Shown here: one piece after another, positions 57,638 through 64,000 of the stretch
Position numbering within the stretch: the first letter of the stretch is position 1
Layout of the letters: the number at the start of each line of letters is the position of its first letter
From: a virus
DNA length: 64,000 bases
Virus record (IMG/VR): IMGVR_UViG_3300027863_000020
Span: 64,001 to 128,000 of that record
Reading direction: 5' to 3' (one strand)
Translations under genes and position numbers: made by a program
Notes under the pieces: generated by a model
Told to the model about the DNA's origin: nothing
What the model saw: only the letters and a program-made list of their open reading frames with translations
The model's database searches: none

Positions 57638-60600
57638 TTAGATCAATCCACTAGGGGATTCAATGCTGTCTGGTAATGGAGACGGGAGAATGCCACCCTT
57701 CTCGTCAATCGTATCAATCCACGGAGAACCCAACACACCTCTTCCTTCGTCAATCGAATCGAGAACGATAGGCTCTGGTGTATCCGTCTGCGAATGGACA
57801 CCATCACCCCACCAATCAACCATAGTCGGCAACTGCTTGACATCGTGCTCGACATTGATGACAAGCGATAGATCGTCAAGGACTGTATTGATCGGACGGA
57901 GTGCATTTATAGTATTTAGCACACGCCCAAGAATATCGGAAATACCTTCGGTCTGCGAGTACAGGTCGAATTGGGTCAAGTCCACATCAATGCTGAAATG
58001 CGGGGTGAGTCCCATTGACTCATCCTTGATCTGTCTGGTCTCAATTACAGTTTTCGCTTCATACAGTCGGTTCTCGTTGCTTTCAGACCATGCCCGTTCG
58101 GGTGTCGGTCTCAATATGAAGTTCTCATCATAATTGAGGCCGTAGTCGGATGTCCACTTGTAATAGATGTCGGCAAGCGCACCAACGGAGAACATGAGGC
58201 CACGGATCGCATCCTTTGTCGCCTTGATTCGGTTGATCTCTGGAAGGTTCGCAACAAGGAATCGAGCATAACGCAACAAATCATCGGGCGCATTGGCAAT
58301 GTCCCTAGCACGGAGAATTCCACTCACCATATCATAGCCAAGGTTCTTCGCAAGCATATGGAGGTACTGGCTAGGGATGGTATCGGGATCGTGCATATCG
58401 AGCAATCCGTCAATCTTGTCCAGAATACCATGAGCCATAGCATACGGATCGGATGAGGTGGCACCAGTGTACAGGGTGTTCATCTCATCCTGAAACACGC
58501 CAACGAAGTTCTCGAACGGGCTTTCCTTCAGGTATTCGGGAACATACGCCCTGAAATTGACACCACGCAATCCTTGGTTTCCGTCAATTTGCCCACGGAT
58601 ACAGGAATTGGGATCGGCTGTCTCCAAAGGAACAAGCAACGAATTCTGTCTGGTCAGGGTAATCGGGATGGATACCCCAATTCCACTGTATTCGATGAAA
58701 TTGAGAACAAATGGAGTTGGGATGGAGAACCGAAGCCGTCCATTCCAGATATTGACGGATGGGTTCAATGAGATTTCGATTCGAGACGCTTCATAGGAAT
58801 AATCCGCTCCATTCTGTCCACCAGTGAGGAAGAATGTAGTGAATGGATGTATGGTAATCCCATCATCGCCAACGACTTCGACCATCACCTGTCCATTCCA
58901 CCCATTCGGGGAATCGGAAATACGGACGGTGTTGTTGAATGGGCTTGCAGGGGGGTGTTCCAAAACTCCCAAGACATCAACGGCACGGACAAGCAGGGTT
59001 GCCTTGTCTCCACGCAAAAGACTCTCTCCCGTGCTGTAATAGCCATTGTCGCCAAGGACTACGAATGGAACATCAAAAGTGATTTCCCGTTGTGAAATAG
59101 CGGGATTCACATTGACCAAGAATACCCCACTCACACCCGTCATGCGGATGATGAACAAACCAACCTTGTTATCGGATGCGTAGTTGTCGAGAGGCATGAC
59201 CAATTGAACCTTTCCGAAATCGACACCATTGATGTTCACGATTTCGTATCGGTACTTGTACCAAGGGGTCGCCCAAGTGTATTGAGAATAGGAAGCGTAT
59301 GTACCGCTTTCCAAACTCATAAAGCTAACCGTATCTGGTTTTGCTACTGGATCAATCCAGAGAGTTACCATTTGTCCAGTACCATCCCCCCAAGTCGATG
59401 GATTGTATTCGATGGTCGTTCCATTCATAACATGGGGATCAATCTCTCCGAAATTGGGAGCAGACGGGGACGGGTTTCGGTACGAATTGAAATGAGTCAA
59501 GATTGAGCCGTCAATCGAATTGACCACAAAGACCGAAGAGTTGGATGACGGGGACTGATCCAAGAATCCAATCCACATCGTAAGAAGGCTGTTCTCCATC
59601 GGAGGGAACATTGACGCATAGCTTCCGTTGTACAGGTCAATCGCACCCATAGAAATCTCAATTCGGGTCGGAGTGACCAGATTGATGACTGGATTGCTGA
59701 AGTTCGACTTGTACTGTTCCGAAGAAGCGTTCTTTCTTCCCCATCCAAATGCAACAATGGGGCGGTTATCCAATCCAGTTCCTTGGATGACATATCGGGA
59801 AATTCCACGATCATAATACGCATTGGAAATGACGGGAAGTGGCAATGCTAGTTGGGTCTCTACTCCCTCTTCCGCAAGAATGTAGGTAGGCATGGAGGCA
59901 TCGAGACCAACCACCCATTCGTTCGATCCTACTTGTGCCAACCCCGCATAAAATCTGGATTGGATCACCGAAGTATTCGCAAGATTGGCATTGCTAGAAT
60001 ACCCATACCCGATCTGTCCAGAATATCCACCAAGATTGTTGTTGCCATTGATATATTGACGGGTCGATGTTCCAGTATTGGAAATGACATCGCAAATAAT
60101 CGCCCGTCTGTTATTGGCGGGGGCTAGGTCGATATAGACTTGATGAAAATGCTCATCGAATGGAAAGTCACCACCGCCTTGGAATACCCAACGGGCATTC
60201 CGCTTCGTCTTATGAGTGACCCACGAATACTGCGTGTCAATTTCACGCCAACAATTGAACAATACGGAATATGCGCTTGCTCCATCATTGAGTACGGATA
60301 GCCCCGTCCAATTCAATTTGGCATGGAGCAATGCGTGTTTGGTTCCACCACCATACCACGAAAATGTATCGGTAAATGTCTTCGTGAAATTGGAAATATC
60401 GAGACCCAATGGAATAGTCATAATCGTACCACCACCGCTGATAACGGGGGCGGGTGCTGTGATGGTATGCGCTATTTCACGGGTGGGGATCAAGTTGCTA
60501 CTTGGAGTCCATCCCAACATATAACCATAGCTAACTGTCGGAGTTCCGAAGTAACTATAATACTCAAAGAAGAGTTCAATGTTTGCGATATTTCCAGACC

Positions 60601-60694
60601 ACCTATCAAGGTGTACTCCCTCAATGATGAGGTCGGTTCCAGATTGATACGCTTTGTGGATTCGTGGCTTCAAGTCCCAATTTGCATATGCCAT
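57638..60694 (-). CDS. baseplate wedge protein (T4 gp7/P2 gpI-like C-domain)
   Basis: DPDTIPSQYLHMLAKNLGY..LPEINRIKATKDAI..INALRPINTV; follows gp6-like gene. Confidence 0.7.
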   Translation of the reverse strand: MAYANWDLKPRIHKAYQSGTDLIIEGVHLDRWSGNIANIELFFEYYSYFGTPTVSYGYMLGWTPSSNLIPTREIAHTITAPAPVISGGGTIMTIPLGLDISNFTKTFTDTFSWYGGGTKHALLHAKLNWTGLSVLNDGASAYSVLFNCWREIDTQYSWVTHKTKRNARWVFQGGGDFPFDEHFHQVYIDLAPANNRRAIICDVISNTGTSTRQYINGNNNLGGYSGQIGYGYSSNANLANTSVIQSRFYAGLAQVGSNEWVVGLDASMPTYILAEEGVETQLALPLPVISNAYYDRGISRYVIQGTGLDNRPIVAFGWGRKNASSEQYKSNFSNPVINLVTPTRIEISMGAIDLYNGSYASMFPPMENSLLTMWIGFLDQSPSSNSSVFVVNSIDGSILTHFNSYRNPSPSAPNFGEIDPHVMNGTTIEYNPSTWGDGTGQMVTLWIDPVAKPDTVSFMSLESGTYASYSQYTWATPWYKYRYEIVNINGVDFGKVQLVMPLDNYASDNKVGLFIIRMTGVSGVFLVNVNPAISQREITFDVPFVVLGDNGYYSTGESLLRGDKATLLVRAVDVLGVLEHPPASPFNNTVRISDSPNGWNGQVMVEVVGDDGITIHPFTTFFLTGGQNGADYSYEASRIEISLNPSVNIWNGRLRFSIPTPFVLNFIEYSGIGVSIPITLTRQNSLLVPLETADPNSCIRGQIDGNQGLRGVNFRAYVPEYLKESPFENFVGVFQDEMNTLYTGATSSDPYAMAHGILDKIDGLLDMHDPDTIPSQYLHMLAKNLGYDMVSGILRARDIANAPDDLLRYARFLVANLPEINRIKATKDAIRGLMFSVGALADIYYKWTSDYGLNYDENFILRPTPERAWSESNENRLYEAKTVIETRQIKDESMGLTPHFSIDVDLTQFDLYSQTEGISDILGRVLNTINALRPINTVLDDLSLVINVEHDVKQLPTMVDWWGDGVHSQTDTPEPIVLDSIDEGRGVLGSPWIDTIDEKGGILPSPLPDSIESPSGLI

Positions 60695-60695
60695 A

Positions 60696-60893
60696 TCAAT
60701 GGACTCCAAAAAGATGTACGATTACCCAAAGGCCATCATCGGAATTGACCACTTCGGTTGTTGCGGAATAAAGCCCACAAGACTCATTTCTTCTCAATGA
60801 CTCTTCCCGACACCTATCAATAAAAGAAGCGTCATCCGACAACGCAAGTGCGGTGCATGGATAACGCTCTTCAGTTTCTAGCCTTTTACTCAT
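60696..60893 (-). CDS. hypothetical protein
   Basis: Follows TAAATA at 60899-60904. Confidence 0.45.
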   Translation of the reverse strand: MSKRLETEERYPCTALALSDDASFIDRCREESLRRNESCGLYSATTEVVNSDDGLWVIVHLFGVH

Positions 60894-60908
60894 ATCTCTA
60901 TTTAGGCA

Positions 60909-63900
60909 CTACCCATATCGGAACTCCATTTCGGATTTGATCTGGACAATTTCGTTCCGCATCGTGTAATTGACGATGTTTCCGTAGCTGTCCAACATAC
61001 CCGCACGAATCGCCTGTGTCAATCCATTGTGGAGCTTGAGCATCAATCCCTTGAACGAATTGGACTTGATGAACTTCTCGACATTCGATTGAGCATCGGT
61101 ATCTTCCAAATATGCGCTCGATTGGAGAAGCGTATTAACCTGATCCTTGATGTCATTGATATTGAACGAACTACCATCCGCTCCAAACTCATTGAGGAAC
61201 AGATTGAGGATTAGACGGTCGGTTGTGTAGAAGTCGGGCGATACCGTGTCTGCTTTCTTCTTCGCAATCGCACGGAGTTCGATGATGACATTCCGCATGA
61301 CCGTGTGGTAGAACCAACGCTCACTGATTCCACCGATCCTGTGGTGCATCTTCGATTCGGTGACCCATGCTTCATCCGCTTCTCCCTTGATAGGAGCGTT
61401 CATCCGCCAAGGGGTTCCCGTTGCAGTGACCCTCTCGAATTCGGTGATGTCGAGAAGCGCATTATACTTTCCATTGCTCCATTCATCCTTGGTCAAAGGG
61501 AATAGCTCACCGCACCGTGTCCAATCTTGGTACAGGTCATAGTAGTAGCTGTTCGCCCAATCACCCCAAGGAATAGCCTTGATGCTTTCGTGGCAATCCG
61601 TCCCTCTGCTGTTCTTGTATGGGGCGGGGATATGATCCCGCAACCCAAACGGAGTACAGGCTTCGGCAACGGGGTCTGTGGTAGGCACGGTCGTTGTCGG
61701 AATAGGGGTAGGACAAGAACAATACTTGTGATGAATCACATCGAACAACCGCTTCACTTCCTTGGTAATGGCGGTCTGGAACGCTTCCACCAAATACACC
61801 TTCGGATCGAATCCAAGATCATTATAGACTTCGACCATATTGGTAACGACTTCGGCAATCAGTCCAAGGTTGTTTCCCAAGTTTCCAGTATCGGAGGTGA
61901 ACGAAATACGAATAGGAGCCTGTGGATCGTATGGGGCGGTTTCCCATGCGGTTCCAGTCCACTTGATGTATTCCTGTGAACGGAGACCATACGGAGCAAC
62001 GGAAATGATGCTTCCTACTGTCGGGATATGGAACTGATAGTATGCGTATGAAGTCATAGTGCTTCCGTTATATGACTTCTGCCATACTTTCTGCACCAAC
62101 GCATAAGACGAAGGTGGTTGATTGTTGGACGGGAAACCAGAAGGAATCGTTCCACGCAATACATACCACGCATAGGGATTCATTCCACCAAGACCGACTT
62201 CATCCGCATACCCTTGGCAATACCAATTGATCTGCGATTGGGTCGGGAACATTTCGGTGATTTCACCAAAGAAGTAATTGACACCACCATCTTGGGAAAG
62301 ACGGAGTTTCTTGCCAATCAGTTCATTGTAGTTAGCAACCGTGTATGTACCGTCTTGGGTAATCTTCCCTTCGGAATCGGGAATTACCGTGAATTGACTC
62401 GCATGAACATCGGGGTACACACCATTCTGAAGAGCAAAGAATCGGTCATACTCATACGGAATCTGCGACATCATTTCTGGTTCGGTCATCCAGTCATTGA
62501 TGACCATTCCATTGCTTGCGACTGGAATGAACTTCAGGTCGGCACGGATCACATCGGGGTTGTTCTTCGCAATGGAATTGATATGGGAAATCAACACGGG
62601 GGTATTGAAATTGACATTCGCATCAAGGAATTCGTAGATAGCCGTTTCAACATCGGTACGGACTTTCTCAATATCGGCAAAGTCACGCACCCACACCTGT
62701 CCACCCAATTTGAACTCTTGAACAATCGGGGTGATGTACCGTGGCTTGGTTGTCAATTGTCCACGGGCTTCGAGCATAGCCGTCAATTGAGCTACTGGAT
62801 GACCCTGTGGGAATTGATCGACCATCGCAATCTGGTCATCGGTGTACGGGGGATTGGTACGATTGAAGAACTCTTCGTAGAGCTTCCGTTCATATTCCCG
62901 CATGAGAATGACGGAATCGGCTACAAGGATGTTGAAGTACGCTTGTTCGGAATACTGGTCGTAGTCGAATCCTTCGAGCAAGCCGTTCTCATTGAGAGTC
63001 GTTGTCGTTCCATCGGGAACCGTCCCACGGATCAATTGTTTCGGAACATACCGACCATCGCTAGTCCGTTCGTAGAGATGCCCAAGGACGGAATAATAGA
63101 CATGGTTCGCATACCGCCTGTTTGCCCTGTACCCGCTCTGCTGTACTTCTTCCTGTTCACCCCACGCAATCGCATGACGGACACGGAGAGGGCTTGCTAG
63201 GGAGGAAAGAAAGGTGGCATAATCGCCAAGGCCAACCAGACGGTCAAGGGAGTTGTAGATAGCAGGGGCATTGTTCTTGATTGACTCAATACTCTCCATA
63301 TCCGCACCACCGCCCACATTCGTCCCAAGAAGAACGGTGAGCATTTGGGAGATGTCCAGAAGGTTGGGCATCGTGGCATAGATAGGATTGACGAACTGGA
63401 TGGCGGTTCCACGGGAACCCACCTCATTGGCGGTCGTTCCCTTGGTAGCCAAATACCTGATTCGGATGACATGATCGCCCTTGGGCATCATCGCAACATA
63501 CCCATCGCCAAACATGACCTCGACACCACCGCTCTTTGCTGTTCGGATCACGCACACACGGGGGATATTGTCTTCAACAAGGTCTCCATCCTCGTTGTAT
63601 CGCTTGTCGTAGGTATCACGGTACAGAGTTTCGTGATTTACCAAAGAACGCCTGTCAATCTTGTACAGGGAGCTTTCGTCATACGGGGGATCATCCACAT
63701 AGGCACTGGAAACCTGTGTGAACCCACTGGAAGGTGTCCAAAGACCCGTCACCTGATTGTAGGCACGGGGGTCATTGTTGCCGAACCAGTCGGAGAATTC
63801 GGGATCATTGATCTCGTACCTTTGGAAAATTTGACCAGAAATGGGATTTTCCGTGAAATTGATCGTCACTTCACGGGATTCGCCCTGAATGGCGATGGGG

Positions 63901-63989
63901 GTGATCTGGTCGGCTTCGGGATAGTCTGCCAATTCGGTCGCATCACGGAGAAGAAGCGTCCCATCGGTCTCTTTGGTTGCGAAAATCAA
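60909..63989 (-). CDS. baseplate wedge protein (T4 gp6-like), 5' truncated
   Basis: EVMFGDG..IRIRYLATKG..GGADMESIESIKNNAP..DRLV..DY..WGE. Confidence 0.88.
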   Translation of the reverse strand: MIFATKETDGTLLLRDATELADYPEADQITPIAIQGESREVTINFTENPISGQIFQRYEINDPEFSDWFGNNDPRAYNQVTGLWTPSSGFTQVSSAYVDDPPYDESSLYKIDRRSLVNHETLYRDTYDKRYNEDGDLVEDNIPRVCVIRTAKSGGVEVMFGDGYVAMMPKGDHVIRIRYLATKGTTANEVGSRGTAIQFVNPIYATMPNLLDISQMLTVLLGTNVGGGADMESIESIKNNAPAIYNSLDRLVGLGDYATFLSSLASPLRVRHAIAWGEQEEVQQSGYRANRRYANHVYYSVLGHLYERTSDGRYVPKQLIRGTVPDGTTTTLNENGLLEGFDYDQYSEQAYFNILVADSVILMREYERKLYEEFFNRTNPPYTDDQIAMVDQFPQGHPVAQLTAMLEARGQLTTKPRYITPIVQEFKLGGQVWVRDFADIEKVRTDVETAIYEFLDANVNFNTPVLISHINSIAKNNPDVIRADLKFIPVASNGMVINDWMTEPEMMSQIPYEYDRFFALQNGVYPDVHASQFTVIPDSEGKITQDGTYTVANYNELIGKKLRLSQDGGVNYFFGEITEMFPTQSQINWYCQGYADEVGLGGMNPYAWYVLRGTIPSGFPSNNQPPSSYALVQKVWQKSYNGSTMTSYAYYQFHIPTVGSIISVAPYGLRSQEYIKWTGTAWETAPYDPQAPIRISFTSDTGNLGNNLGLIAEVVTNMVEVYNDLGFDPKVYLVEAFQTAITKEVKRLFDVIHHKYCSCPTPIPTTTVPTTDPVAEACTPFGLRDHIPAPYKNSRGTDCHESIKAIPWGDWANSYYYDLYQDWTRCGELFPLTKDEWSNGKYNALLDITEFERVTATGTPWRMNAPIKGEADEAWVTESKMHHRIGGISERWFYHTVMRNVIIELRAIAKKKADTVSPDFYTTDRLILNLFLNEFGADGSSFNINDIKDQVNTLLQSSAYLEDTDAQSNVEKFIKSNSFKGLMLKLHNGLTQAIRAGMLDSYGNIVNYTMRNEIVQIKSEMEFRYG

Positions 63990-64000
63990 AGTTTTTGACC

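Noticed and set aside
1-64000. Alternative genetic code
   Set aside because: Long genes are intact and TAA, TGA and TAG all end genes; only one internal TAA was seen
1-64000. CRISPR array, tRNA genes, DGR or retron
   Set aside because: No regularly spaced repeats, cloverleafs, reverse transcriptase or TR/VR pair seen; the promoter repeats are dispersed

Overview
A 64-kb segment of a large T4-like (myovirus, probably jumbo) bacteriophage genome, read in the standard genetic code. 1-13 kb (+): a tandem array of divergent ~450-600 aa beta-helix-like paralogs, one split by a single in-frame TAA, interleaved with promoter-led cassettes including a pentapeptide-repeat gene. 13-23 kb (+) and 35-44 kb (-): dense small early/accessory genes (PD-(D/E)XK nuclease, XRE-HTH, NT5C nucleotidase, P-loop kinase, histone-H1-like peptide, gp26-like gene with a U9 slippery site). 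23-35 kb (-): late module with an M15 endolysin, putative head-internal proteins sharing an L[EM]EQxxxLLG motif (one fused to a CYTH domain), RegA, tail tube/baseplate genes and tape measure. 44-51 kb: sigma-70-family factor, putative holin, FmdB, Tad2-like, HEXXH, DUF393 and two glycosyltransferases. 51-64 kb (-): tail fibres and gp7/gp6-like baseplate wedge. Three promoter classes are visible: TTGACT-ATACAAGATAC-TATATT, TTGACA-N17-CAYATT and T4-like late TAAATA. The heptamer CGTCAAT is about 10-fold over-represented by my hand count. I saw no tRNA, CRISPR array or reverse transcriptase. All family assignments are from motif recognition, not database searches.
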